A stretch of 64,000 bases of DNA from Bigelowiella natans CCMP2755. Lineage: Eukaryota > Protista > Cercozoa. The notes beneath the pieces are model-generated. The model searched no databases. It saw nothing but the letters and a program-made list of their open reading frames with translations, and had not been told where the DNA came from. The stretch is from assembly GCA_000320545.1 (NCBI GenBank), contig ADNK01002618.1, positions 1-64,000 on the forward strand. The letters are read 5' to 3'. The translations under genes were made by a program, and so were the position numbers. Of this stretch, positions 41,158 to 54,701 are shown in pieces; the first letter of the stretch is position 1; each line of letters begins with the position of its first letter.

Positions 41158-42042
41158 TGTGTGTGTGTTGAGACTTACTTATCTCATTTACAAAGATATA
41201 CAGATAGCATTTTATTGGTGGGACTTTGGGTTTTAATCCATGAGCATTACTCCTCAACACCCCCCCTCCATCGTCATCGGTACCACCCGTTGGTGGGCTC
41301 GAAGGCTTTCACGATTCCTCGTAAGAAACCAAAATGGGCCAAGCCTTGGGACCGACCGACAGGAAAGGGGAAAAGCCATCGCATTAGAGTTAAGCAGACC
41401 AAAATGCTTCGCGAACTCGAGCGAATCCGAAGCAAAAATGAAATGAAGACCGAGAAGAAGAAGCAAACCAAAGATACCACTGACACGAACTCATCGTTCC
41501 CAGAGACACAAAGTAGAAATGATAAAGAGAATTCACATAAACGGACGCCGATTCTTTCTCAAAAACAGACGACCTCCTGGAAAGCAACTAAGAGAAAGAG
41601 AGTAAAGCAAATCCCTGTGATGGTCGGGAGCCTCCGCAATCACTATGCAGTGCTCCAAGTACGCTTTAACGCGACTTCTCAAGACATCATTCAGGCATTT
41701 CGCCGAATGAGCGTGAAACTACATCCTGATAAGGTTGAAAAATCAGAAAAACGCGCGGCACATCACCGTTTCCTTCAGCTCAAGGAGGCTTACGAGGTTC
41801 TCTCGGGTCAGCAGCGGAGAAAATACAACAGAGAGCTTTCAGATGCTATCACCCGTGAATTCCTTGGGAACTTCGGTGGAAACCATTATGGAGGTGATCT
41901 CATGCACCTCGAACGGGTAGTAACGATGTCGAGCGAGCGGCGCAAGAAGAAAAGGAGGAAGAGGAAGAAAGAGGACCAAGCTGATGTGGATACCACAAAC
42001 CGACCGGCATGGCTTAATGATGAAATACAACAAGTAGATTAA
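41086..42042 (+). CDS. DnaJ (J-domain) protein with basic NLS-like stretches; 5' exon structure unresolved (ORF start lies in a microsatellite)
   Basis: NHYAVLQVRFNATSQDIIQAFRRMSVKLHPDK..FLQLKEAYEVLS..QRRKYN is a J-domain with the HPD motif. Confidence 0.8.
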
Positions 42043-43058
42043 GTAGGGCGCTGAAATACGACAAAATCTTGTAAGTAATAACAAGCAATAAGTTCGGTGC
42101 ACCTTGCGATGACTATAGATGAGTTGCATTGCAAGCATGAATTGGGTTAGATTGGGCGATGCTGTGCGCAGTACTGCGTGCCTACCATAGAGGTGCTTAT
42201 ACTGTAGTTCAGAGCTTGTCATACGTAGTAGCATAGCTTAGCTAGGTAGCTCCATTCTGTGCTTCTCGCATCATGTTGCATGGCACATTGTGGAGCTGAT
42301 AGATGCTCATTGCCATGCGCGCACCCCATGTATAGCACTACTACAGACTAGCTCTAGATTAGAGCTAGCTAGCTAGCTAGCTAAATGCATGGTGTGTCAT
42401 GACTATGGATGATATATAATGCAAGCCTGTCCGTGCTGCAGTGTATATCAGCATGGCCGCGCTAGCTAGCTAGCGAAGCATGCTAGCATGCCGTAGCTAG
42501 TGCCAAAAACACACGCACGCAGCTTATCTCGCGAGCAACAGGCGCGCGTGTATTGTCTGTGTAGTATATATACTAGTTGCGGTGCAAATTCAGTGTGCTA
42601 GCGTCAAGCTACGTATATGTGTCTAGGAAGATGTAGTTAGATGCAATCTAGCTTGTGGGCTGATGGGGGCGCAGCAGATTCACTATGCGGCGGCTGCTCC
42701 AACAATTACTTGCAGATGCACCATAAACGCCATGGTATGCAGTAGAACTATTTGACCCTAAAGTGTTGACTTTTTTATACGACAATATGAAGGCTAAAGG
42801 CAGGTAATAAATACTTTTTCGTCTTACTACAAGCCAGGGGATGTTTATAACTTTGTTCTCTTTTCTCCATTTAATATAATATTGATCTTGATGTTTCAGG
42901 AAGATATGGGGGGGGATGGGGGATGGGGGATGGGAAAGGGGATAAGAGACGATTCATGAGGTTCTTGCAGAGTTTGACAAGGAATTGAGAAATTCTTAAG
43001 ATTTTCACCGGATTTCCACCATTCCTTGCTATTATTGCATCGAAGATCTGATGATCGT

Positions 43059-46000
43059 TTATGGGCCTGGCAAAGAAGGTTCATTGCCGTCCATTCTTGA
43101 TAGTTGACTTATCTCAGCGATTTTGCGCTCGCGTTCCATGCGCTCATCGAAGTCAGGGTCGGCACCCACGCACTCTTTGACGAAGCCAACCATGCCAAGC
43201 CCATTGTTCACCACGCCCTCCACGAATGAGGCAGGTGAGAAGAATGTGGACGATTTCTTTTTCTTAGCGTCTGTCACTGGCCTTAGCGCAATTCCGAACG
43301 CTTCCCCTGCTGGCAGCGCGGGAATAGAAGTCTGGCAAGCTTTCACCCATTTTCCGTCAATGTTGACCATGCAGGTACCACACTCACCCTTCTTGCACTT
43401 GTAAGGGATGAACACATCCGCCTGCGTTGCTATTTCGGAGAGGGGTTGGCCAGCCATGGCCATCGTGGCCCTGTTTTCCGGTTGAAATACGACAGGAATA
43501 TCGCCGAGAAGCTCGTGGCCCTGCAACATGGATGAATGCATTATTTGAATGGAGTGGTGCTGATCGCTGGAAAGGGCCCACACCACAAGTACAACACAGC
43601 ATCATGGCAAATATGTTCTAAGAATAGATGACTGACCTTTGGGATCGTGTACTTCTTGCTCTTGTCAAAAGGAACGAATTTGGCGGTCGCAGAAGCGACA
43701 GCAGCGGGTGGTGCCTTTAGTTGCGGTTTCGACCCAGTGGCAACACCAGCAGCAACAGCCTTGCGCTGCCTATTGAGCGGTGGGGTAGAGCTTGCTGCCT
43801 TTGTTTTGTCGTTCTTCTTGTTGTTTTCACTGCCCGTGTCAAAGTGTGAGTCAAAGTTCATCTTGTCGAACCATGCAAGAGCAGACTCCGCCTGGCTTTT
43901 CTCCTTCTTCTTCTTCTTAATTGATCTACGAACGGTATCCGTAGAGCCCCCAGCAGCAGAGGCGAATACAGGTTGGTTCTCTGTCTGCCCTGCTTCCTCA
44001 CCACTGAATTTCTTCTTCTGGAAGGTGCCAAGGGCGAGCTCTGGAACGGGGCCAAGCCCTGGGAGTTCGACCTTGCGTTTCGCAGCTTCGCCTTCTTTAT
44101 ACAGCTCGTTATCCTGACGTGCCTTGAGACGTTCGTCGCGTGACATCGCTGCATAGTTTGGTGAGTTCTTCATTCGTTGCCAGTCCTCCATGGAGTTCAA
44201 AATACTTGTGGCGGCGCTAACAACCTTAAGCGTGGGGCACGGCGACTTAGGCTGATATGCAAGCGGCCATTCCGCACCGGTAACCTGGATAGGGAAAGGA
44301 AACGGGAGAACAGAAAGGAATAAGATTTATGCATACACGCCGCTATCATGATAACTCGCTCAGCATCGGCAGCAGAATGTTTGGCCTAACGACCTACCTC
44401 GCAGCTGTGTTTCCATAGCTTTAACTGTAGATCGCGGTTGAGCACTTTATCGGAAGGATCGTTCTCAAACAAGCTATCCCATCCACCTCCAGCCCCACCA
44501 GCACCAACAATCTGCCCACCTTTATCAAGAGCCTCCTTACCGCGCCCCTCGCGTGGCCCTCCATTCCACGACCAGTACACGCCGCTCTTCTTCGCTTTTG
44601 GATCATGAACAGCTTGGAAAAGTCGTTGGCCTGCCTCGTCTTCACCGACAAATCCTCCGGTCACAAACTTCATGAACACAGGGAAATACTTTCGGAACCA
44701 AGGGCGCTTCTCGCGGAAGAGCGGAGACTCGGCGATGCATCCGGGGTAAATGGAGCTGAAGGCAATGCCGGTTGACTTGTGGTATCGGTCGTGCAGAATC
44801 ATGGAGAGCATCATAAGGGCAAGCTTCGTGTCCTGCATAGTGTGGCCGTTTTAAAAAAGGAGGATTAGCAATATTGCAATAGGAAGGGTATTGATTGATG
44901 TTCTACTGGTATACCTTGTAGCCCTTGGCGCCATTGAAGCTATAACCATCGATCATGGAAATAGGGTTCTTAGCACCCAGCTCGAGTCCTTCCATATCTT
45001 TCAAGTCTGCGACTGGCCATACGCCTCCCCCACCCACAGTGTTGTCATTTCCGGTGACAGACCCAACCATGACGCAGCGGGGATCCTCTGCCCCTTCCAT
45101 CTTTGGCATGATAAGACTCGTCAAGAGGAAATGACTCAGGTAGTTGATCTGCATCTGCTGTTCGTGATCATCCTCTGTCCACTTTGCATAGTCAAGCGTC
45201 GGTTGGTACCTGCGATATTGACGAGGTATGCAAATAAGCATGATTTTCGCTACAGGGCATTATAAAAATGCTAAGAATACTCCACCAACGGCCCATCCTT
45301 GCGTTGAATCTTCTTTTATTTATTTGATTTCTTTAATCTATTTCAAAGGTAATTACACTGCGGCATTGCAAACAAGGCGGTCAATTGGCTTGTCGGCGCG
45401 GAAGTCTTCAATATTCTTTGCGAAATCGCGAACAGAGGCGAAGGATGCCAGGTCGACATACATAGGCGTAAAGTTCTCGGTGTTAATCCCTGTCAAAGTA
45501 CCAGGAGTAAGAAATAGTAACGACCATAGGGACAGGTGGGAAACCCATAATATATTCTATGTTATAAATATGAGATAAACATGAAAGTATGCGTATCTCA
45601 TTGATCTCCATCCCTGCCCAATCCCCAGAATTTTGCTTGACTACTATCCATAAGTAAAGTTTTAATACCTTCTAGTTTTGCCACAGTACTCATTTTAGAG
45701 AGGTCTCTGACACCTCCGATCACATGATACTCTCCTGTCCGTGAAAGGTGTTTTGCAGCCATCTTTCCCATCCCAGAGGAGGTACCAGTAATGACGACGA
45801 GCTTCTTGCCATCGAATTTTTGTCCTCTGATCATGTTGCGGAGATTCGTCATCGTTGGAGTCTTGAACTAATATATAAATTTGGCCGAGAGGAGTTAGTA
45901 GGTACAAAATGCCATTTCATTCACGAGCACGGTCTACTTTTACACAAAGCGTGTAATATCGAGCTGTTTTCCGGAATATGGGGAGAAAAGTTATGACGGA

Positions 46001-46093
46001 AAAGGGAGCATATAATAAAACCTTTGACATCCATTTGTATGCCGATGCATCTGGAGGGACGCACGCCAGGAGAAGGAACAGTAATGGGCTCAT
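43059..46093 (-). CDS. POR: Light-dependent protochlorophyllide oxidoreductase with long linker and C-terminal 2Fe-2S ferredoxin-like domain; 5' end uncertain (may extend to about 46480)
   Basis: Rossmann motif VITGTSSGMG; RLVCNAAV|YQP; catalytic GAKGYK|DTK (YxxxK); YPGCIAESPLFRE; SGVYWSWN. Phase-0 splices 44398>44284 and 43637>43520 join it to GHELLGDIPVVF..YKCKKGECGTCMVNIDGKWVKACQ. Confidence 0.88.
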
Positions 46094-47554
46094 ACCGTAT
46101 ATCCGTTCACCTGTTGACACAATGTTTGCAACGAATAAATAAGCACACTCTCTTCAACGAGGGAGACAACTCTGATGATTTGGTTTACATGCAATCTGAA
46201 TTCGGTCGTTTTGATCGAAAAATGAAACAGGTAACATTTGCATTGGCGAGGAGGTGAGAGAAAGGAGGGGGGAGAGGGGGGGGTAGGAAACCAGAGCAAC
46301 TGTGCGCGAAGGATGTTCAGATCTTAAATTGATGTGATTCCTTCCGACGACTCATGATGTCTTTTACATAGCCAGAAAATCCACGATAATGGCCTGGATT
46401 TTATAATTATTTTTCGAAGTACGGGCTATTTTGATGAAGATGCTGACAATGTAGATCTTACTTGCTCATGGCCATAGTGCAGAGCACGCAAATTTTAAGG
46501 TATTTGTTGGTAACAGCGAATCGAGTAATATTTAACAATATTTGACATGTACGAAATATGTGTGCTACGACAACAGGTACATCATTGTCGTATTAATCAA
46601 ATATGCAATGAACATGTAGAATCTGTCGCATTATTATTCCTGTTTATGACCCCCCCTCTTATCCAAAGTCTAAAGAGCAAGTAGTAAGACTGGAAATATA
46701 AGGTGGGTATATTGTCTGAACCGAGATATTAGTAGTAATCTGTAATGCGACAACACATAGAAGGAAGAATTGTGATTTTATGCAATTTCAAGAAAGTCAT
46801 TAGTTTCCCTGTTATGCTTTAAACACATAGCGCTCCAAGTCGCAAGGAACATTTTCACAATTGCTTCGAGATTTGCAAATATTCGGTTAATTTTTCGTAT
46901 TCTTGAAATTCCTCTGCGTTTACATTTTCTTTTGGTTTCCGCTGGCATTTTTCCATCAAAATCTCCAAAATATCCGACAGCTGGTGGTACTTGTTCTCAT
47001 GGAACATGCAGTTAAGCAAGCACCTGTTCTTTGCAACGCAACTGTGAGGATTCTCGTAGATGCTCACCCGGTACTTGCAGGTACTAACAAATATTCATGG
47101 TACATGTAGCAAAAATAAACAAAAATTAAGTCGTAAAACATTCGAGGTGAGATGACTATTTCCAGATCTAATGTTTTTCGCGGGATCGGCTTCGCTTTTT
47201 GATACGTTCGCGATTGCAGAAAAGAGTGCGAGTTATACCCGAGAACTTTCATGCATTTATTTCTACAGTAACACTAGATCTTCTGGAAACTCTACCTGGA
47301 TGTCTAAATCCGAAGAGAAAGCAGACTTTGTGATATTGTCCGTTGATTTTAACTGACAAAAAATGGCCTTATATTTTAGTGGAAGTTCCGTTAGTAACGG
47401 CACATAGAAGTGCTAATGGGTCACTCATTACAGGCCTTCCAATACATGTATGGGGAACCTCCTCGGGTCTATGATTAAAAAGAACCCAGCCTCACACCGT
47501 CCGTTGCGCAGCCCACAATGGAAGTAGATGGCGGAATCATTACACTAGATTTAG

Positions 47555-48310
47555 TTGTTAGAAGCAACTCGACTACTACACCATATAAACGTAAACTGCT
47601 GGCCGATGAACAAAAGGAAAGCTGTAAGCGAGCGCATGCCGGCATCAAAAGCCCATTTGAGGACTCTGAAGAAGTTGTTTCTCAAGGATCTACGTAAGGA
47701 TCTTCTTGATATAGATGTGTCACAGGATATTAAATCGATGAAAGTGGAGCTTAAACGTGTATACGACAAAGCAACAGAATCCTGGAAGCAGAGGGTTGCA
47801 TCGGAATTGTCTATAAGTAAGTGGACACTCTTCGAGGATATCATGGCGGGGGAGATTCAGAAAAAGGTTGCATAGTCTTCTTTTTAAAATTAGAATGTTC
47901 CTTGAGCAGATATTTTGTTTTCTAATAACCCTGCTACATCGTAGGAAATACACAATGCTCGAACTAAAACTGAAGAAATACTTGATCTTGAGAAAAGAAC
48001 TGAATGCAGCCTGAATAAGTTGCGGGACATGGCTTCTAAATTAGGAAAACAGCGTGATGAACGTGAAAAAACTATTGCTAAGAAAAAAGGGCAGATCGAG
48101 TCGGAGATGAAGATTCTAGAAGCCGAAGAGGCAAAACTTAAGACATTACAAAAGAGGGGGAAGATAGGAGTCTGTGGACATGTGTTGAATACTGCTTTGG
48201 GGTGTGGGCATCAGGTCTGTGATTCATGTGCGACTACATGGTTGTCAAACCGTAAGAAGTGTCCCGTGTGCAAAACTCGGGTGACGAGAAAGCTCAAGCT
48301 ATACCCATAG
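47555..48310 (+). CDS. Coiled-coil protein with C-terminal RING-like zinc finger (last exons of a multi-exon gene probably starting near 46700-47000)
   Basis: C-terminus VCGHVLNTALGCGHQVCDSCATTWLSNRKKCPVCKTRVTRKLKLYP* is preceded by a K/E-rich coiled coil. Confidence 0.6.
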
Positions 48311-49425
48311 CATACACAGAGCTCTGAAATTTGGCTTTTCAAAATGAGCGTCGTGTCTTTTCAGCATAATCTAGATAATGTATTGTCTTTCGATTTTATA
48401 GAGAATTATTCAATCCGTCTATTAATTCACTGCATGTGTCACAAGATATAAATGCTTTCTTTGTAATGCTGCCACTCCAGTGACGCACACTCTAGCCTAC
48501 ACTGTACACTATGAGACGGATCTAGGAGTTGATTAAATCTTTTCAATTGTTATCCTAATATAGCTATGCAATGCAGCGGCTAAAGTGCTTGTGTTGTATC
48601 GATTTGGTCCTGCTATTATGTCCTTCACGCATGTAAAAGCATTTCTGTCATTTATTCGCATTCAGCAAATCGCATGTGGCGTGCGGCATCACTGCGTCAT
48701 TCTTGTTCAGCTGTCGTGAGGAATATAGGAACGTTTAGTTTCGTCACCCCTGTCCATGATAACCGTTAGTTGACTCCCTAGTCTTAACATGCTGGCGGGC
48801 ACCGCTGCAAGCACATTCTAACATTACGCATTTTCCGCAGCCGCTGAGCGTGCTGCTAGCGAGAGCGATGCTAGACCACTATCATTGCACTATGTTTTGC
48901 CCAGGCTTCATGCAATCACAAATTCACCACAGCAATAATGTAGTTACGCTAATATACTAATTTGCATGTTTGTGTACGTACATGTACATTTGTAACAGGT
49001 TTAGCCATAATTTGTACATATTCGTGCATGCACATATGCTTGAGGTGCTATGTGCACATTGTACATTGGCAGCTAGCTAGCGAAATATAGAAAATTAATC
49101 TCACCCTCCATTACATTCACAATCGGTTCAGCACTTCGCTCACAACTCTTCGATGATGCTTTACATATGAGCTTAAACTGGAATCATCTACGTGACTAAT
49201 GCCTGGGATATTTGGCGCTCTCGGAGTGCCTTCTCATGTGTTGCAATATTGGAAATTTGGGTGTTTCATGCCATGGTCCTTGTCACATTAGAACATTTAT
49301 GAGCTGTAAAACCCGAAAGAAATACTTAGATCTGAATTTACAATCATTACCAGAGTTTGTACTACGACCCGGATGTGATTATGAATAAATGATGTGATTG
49401 TGAATAAATGGCCACATTGTGAGAT

Positions 49426-49744
49426 CTATTTAGTCGTATCCTCGCCTCCAGCTATGTAGATGTCCTGTACTTGGGGGTTTCCACTTTATGCACGTTGCCT
49501 GGATAACATGGAAGAGTGATGATATAATGATAATGATGATTATGATTATTATGATGATGAAAGATGGCGATAATTATAGATGACTAAAGACGATGCAGAT
49601 TGTCATGATTTGAATACGTTATGTGAACTGTTTGTATTCGCATGACGGCCAGCATTATAATCCATAGATCCGTAGAATCTCTTTGTACTATCCTATTGTT
49701 AGTAATGCTGTTCTTATGTAGGTGTGGGTGTGAGTGTGGGTGAG

Positions 49745-49786
<42 letters not shown>

Positions 49787-51193
49787 TGAAAATAAAAATG
49801 ATATAGACATTCTACTAGTTGTCCAATATTTGCATCCCCCCCCTCCTTTTTATATATCACAAGTTATGGTCATAATGACGCGTGTGGCTATGCAGTGGAA
49901 AATCTGAGATGCTGTTGATGTTCATGACGAGATGATGGTGATGATGCTACCCTGCTAGCTTTTCTACACGTGCACACTTGTTTCTGCTCTTTATTTTCTT
50001 GTCTTGCTCTTCTGTATGCTGGATTTGTGACAACTATCGGCATATACTTTGGACCAAAATCATGAACCTGTTTACATGCACGTACATGTGTGCGTGTGTG
50101 TGTGCGTGCGTTCGTGCGTGTGTTGGTTTTATTATAATTGTGCTCCAATATTGTTATAATTACAATCGCCAAGAATGATGTTTAAATCTACATGTGTGCA
50201 TGCGTGGATATTTGATTGTATATATGCGTGCGTTTGTGTGTACATGTGAATGTTGCTTGCTACAATTATTTATCATTACCCATATGCCATTAAATCTTAA
50301 TATTTTTTTTGGGACATTCTTTAAATATTTGCCAAGAGCCTGTGTGCGCGTATATTGGCACGTATGGGTGTGTTTGTGTGTTCGTCTGTCTGCACGTGTA
50401 CTATGTGAGTGTGAGTGTGAATGTGTGGGCGTGTGTGTAAAAAATAGAAAGCGGTGATGCTGACGATCTTTCACCTTGGTTGTGACTTTTTCCTCATCTC
50501 TCAGCTTTTTATTCACTTTCTTGACAATCGCACTCAGAAGCGACCTATACATGCATGTGGTGCGTTTAATATGTGATGTGTGATGTTTGATATGTGATGT
50601 GTGTACACAATGCGCGATTAAATCATGTGATGAACAACTGTGCTATGTTGCAGGATAAATGTTGAAAGATGTGCATATTTGAGTGTTGTGCATGATTATT
50701 GTTGTCTATTTCAGTATGTTATGATGACATATGGTCTATGGTGTGATGTGAGTAATGTTGAATGTGTGAACCATTGATTCGACGTCGTGACATGTAGCAA
50801 TGCTTTTCCAATCGGATCGGTCATGGCTGCTACTTCAGTTATCTGGGATGGTTGTTGATCTCCCAGGACAGAACTAGCCATGGTGTTCAGATGAGGTTGA
50901 CCGGACGGTCGGGGATTGGCACTTGAACAAGAATCTTCATTTCTGTTGCTCATCCTTACACTCACATCGGAAATTTGCTCACCTGAATCAGCCACAAGAT
51001 TGGGTGTCAGCTTGCTTGATTTTGGGTCAAGCATGCTGCTGGCGGTAGGATAGTTCGGACAATAACGACGACCAAAGTCGCCAGCGCTAGCAGCACTGCC
51101 CTGGCTGTAGGCGCAAGATGTGTGAACAGCATGATGACCAGGAGAAGAGGAAGGGGAGTGGCGTCGGCCCAGGGCGGTCTGCTTGGTGCTCAT
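49426..51193 (-). CDS. Hypothetical multi-exon protein
   Basis: A large Ser-rich first exon (51193 to about 50780) is followed by GT-AG-bounded exons SLLSAIVKKVNKKLRDEEKVTTK, ALGKYLKNVPKKILRFNGIW, VHDFGPKYMPIVVTNPAYRRARQENKEQKQ and ATCIKWKPQVQDIYIAGGEDTTK*. No recognisable domain. Confidence 0.45.
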
Positions 51194-51623
51194 ACATGAA
51201 AAAGTCACCAGAGACTCTCCGAGACGACCATTTCTCAGTCATTTAGAGGACGCTCGACCTACATTGCGCGGATTTTCAAAACAATTGAAACATTTGGTGG
51301 GAGTGTGTTTCGGGTGGCAGGCGCCGAGCCCCATGCGTTTTCGAGATATTTTCGGCGCTTGGCGCGCGAAGTTTGGAGAAACCGATTCTCACTGATCATT
51401 TCTGCTTGCGGGAAAGTCTGAACTGAAGTGCGCCTCGGCCGTAAGCGGATTGATTAAAGAAGGTAAGAGTGGTGGTTGTCAATGTCGCGAAGGTAAATCG
51501 GCATCCGTTTTTCTGAAATTCCAAATTTGCATTTTAACTTCCGAGGCCAGTTCAAAGCACGGTTCGTTGTGGCGCCATTTTGTGGCCCCTAACCCAATGC
51601 GTGTGGGCGAAACTGGACGATCC

Positions 51624-54600
51624 ATGAACGATCCTTTGGTGTCTAGTGCAGATATGACAAACGATGAGGATATTCTCTCCCTCACATCTGTCGCCTTCGA
51701 AACGCTTCTGCCTCCCACCGAGCCACTCCTCTCGTCATCGCCGCTACAATTTCCACCACTATCACCTGGGTTCCAGATGCCGTATTCACCAGTGAAGCAT
51801 ACACCTTCAAGGTTGACGGAAACAAAGGATAACCTTATGTTGAATGCAAAAACCACTTGATCGATATTTGACTGACCTTGACTGTTGCTGCTGGTAGCAG
51901 ACGGAATTTCGTGTTGGGATTATCTCCTTTTTCCCCGCTCACGAGTAGGACGACACCAGGAGGAGGAGGAGGAGAGGGATCTTCGAACGGACAATATCCG
52001 TTAACACCGGAGGTAATAAGTGATGTACGTGATTCGTAGAGAATATGGTAGCAATAAAAATTCCTGCACGGAGAAGATAAATGTGTTTGTTGGGGGAAGA
52101 GAGTTAGTTCTCCTCCACTCCTTGAAGATTTACTTATCACTTAAAATTTTGCCAATATTAGTCCAAGAGAGGCCCCAAAAATGCTACAAAATCGCAGACA
52201 TTATCAGCCGCGTTATTTCTCTCCTCTCCTGGGAAGAGCAGTTGTGAGAGCTTCACCGTCCAAACTCGCAAGAGCAGTACAACTGGCAGGGAGGAGCCAG
52301 GGTACGTGCGAGCGAGCCAAGAACGTTTTCAAATCACGTGTTATCTTGTGTCTTCGATATTTTTTTAATATGCTTTAGTATATATTTTATTTGCTCGCTC
52401 ACAAGTATCTTATCATCAGGCACTCGAAGCCCTCCCTGGCACGCGTGAATGACGGAATCGCTACTAGTCACTGGTTCTACGAGTTCGACCATAAGAGTGT
52501 TATGGGACTTGCGAAGGGCGAAAGGAGGAAGAGGGCGAAGACTGATAATGAAAGGAAACAGGCCAAGAAGAAAAAGCTGAACACGACTCATGCCAACAAC
52601 ACCCAAGGCATCAAGAATGATTGCAAGCAGCCTCCTTCGGATGCATCTTTGCCTGCGAAAAAGTCGTTATCCGGGTTGTCATCGGTGACATCATTACTCT
52701 CCTCGCCCTGGTCCGCCTCGGATCGCCATAATTATGAAGGGATTGATGACTGGCACGTCAATACCAAGAAGAAACGCAGTAGCAACTTTAATAAGGCCAC
52801 GGAAACTACTAACGTAACATCGTCTTCATCAGAAGGGACTGTAATGACGAGCCATGGTAGCCATGATCACGATGGATCGACTAAGGCGGACCTCGATAAT
52901 AAAGAAAGTGAAAGTGACAACCACCATCACTCGGTCAACACTATGGAGACAAATGGAGAGGCGGCAGAGCTAGGTTTGGGGCAGAAGCAAATTGATTCAA
53001 AGCATATCTTCAAGAATTCTAACAGCGATAGAATGTTATCGGTGAGTGAAGCACTAGCATGAAGATGACGATAACGACAACTATGGACACCCACCCACAC
53101 GCATTTATGAAGCTTCAAAACTCAAAAGATACACGAAAGAGTAGAATGAATCGAAATATCCTAGTGGTGGACTTTGTCCTCCCATATGTATTTGTCATCA
53201 TATGTGTCATTTCACAAACTGGAGGATTTATAGCATCAATGCGTATTCTATAATATGTCTTTTATGATTGTCTAGCTCCATTGATAAGTCGTCCTTGTTC
53301 TTCTTCTGACCGTTCGGATGTTTCAAGGTGCAACGTCCGGTGCTAAAACAGCGCTCCCCCTCCTCGCTGCGGTCTTCTGCCCGACAAGGATCCATCCTCG
53401 ATTTCTCGTCCGTCGATACCCACAACAATGGGAATGGAAGTAGAGGAAGCCAAAACGCGAATATCGGTGCTTCATCGTCGTCATCGTTGTCCTCCTCCTC
53501 CTCCTCCTCGTTGTCGTCATCCTTCATGATCGTCGTGTCACCACCATCCGGAGCTGTTGCCAACACAAGCAACAACTTCCGCAGCCGCAGCCGTGGTAGG
53601 AATAATGGCATCTTAGACTCGCCCCTCGTAGTGGCACCCCCTGCGGATCTGGCCAAATTTGAGGAGGTGGTGCGTGTAATTATCCTCTCTTCGTCGTCGT
53701 CATCCCCGTCATCCTCGCCCTCTTCCCCGTCCTACCAGAACGCCGCTGCAGAGAAGGTAGCGAGCTACCTCAGCGGCAAGTCCCCTATAGTAACGCTTGG
53801 AAGTGCAGATCGAGAGGGCAACAGCCTCTTGCAACTCGCCACATACTACGGACACGTACCGTGCGTGAAGAAGCTGCTTGAGCTCGGCGCCAACGTCAAC
53901 CAGGCCAATAATGTCGGTTCGACCCCGGTCACATGCGCGGCAGACAAGGGACACCTGCCGTGCCTCGACTTACTGGTGCGCCGGAAAGGCAACGTCAATC
54001 ACCGCGACGATAGCGGCATGACACCGCTGATGTGGGCCAGCGAGAAGGGAAAGCTTCTCTGTGCGAGGAGGTTGCTTGAGGCCAAGGCCAGCGCCGTGGA
54101 GCAAGACGCCCAGGGATTTACGTCTCTTCAGCTTGCTGCATCCAACGGACATGCAGATTTACTCGCGCTACTGCTCTCTAAAAAGGCTAACATGGACGCA
54201 AAGAACCGTGGGGGAGCGACTGCTCTGGTACTTGCCTGCTACAACGGCAGGTACCGCTGTGTTGACCTCCTCATCCAGAAGAAGGCGAGCGTCAACCTCT
54301 CTACTGAATACGTCTTTGGCGCCGCAAACGCTGTGCATTGTAGCGCACAGAAGGGCCATACTCGATGTCTCAAAGCTCTGGTGGAGGCCAAGGCTGCCGT
54401 CAATGCCAAGAATAGGACGGGGTGCACTCCGACGATGCTCGCAGCCTGCTACGGCCAACTCGAATGTCTCAAGGAACTAGTCGCAGCTAACGCAGACATC
54501 AGCAAGCAGGATCAGTACGGACGGACAGCGCTCATCTGGGCCACGTATAAGGGGCATCAAGATTGTGCCGCATTCCTCAAGGACATGATTTCGAAGACAG

Positions 54601-54701
54601 CAGGAAGTGCTTCCACTGATGAATCCAACAGTCGCAGCACCAACGAGGATGAGGACAGCAAAAACGATGATGAATCAAAGAGTTCTTCCGCCGAAATCTA
54701 G
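51624..54701 (+). CDS. Ankyrin-repeat protein with long disordered, basic N-terminal region; ORFs 52391-53062 and 53328-54701 are exons of one gene
   Basis: The last exon has about 8 ankyrin repeats (GNSLLQLATYYGHVPCVKKLLELGANVN, GMTPLMWASEKG, GRTALIWATYKGH). Donor TCG|GTGAGT at 53042 and acceptor TTTCAAG|GTG at 53328 are both phase 0. Upstream exons are less certain. Confidence 0.8.

Noticed and set aside
46049-46093. Apparent POR signal peptide MSPLLFLLLACVPP
   Set aside because: It lies within GTATGA...CCTCCAG, which could be an in-frame 45-nt intron with a pyrimidine tract. Not used as targeting evidence, and the POR start remains uncertain.
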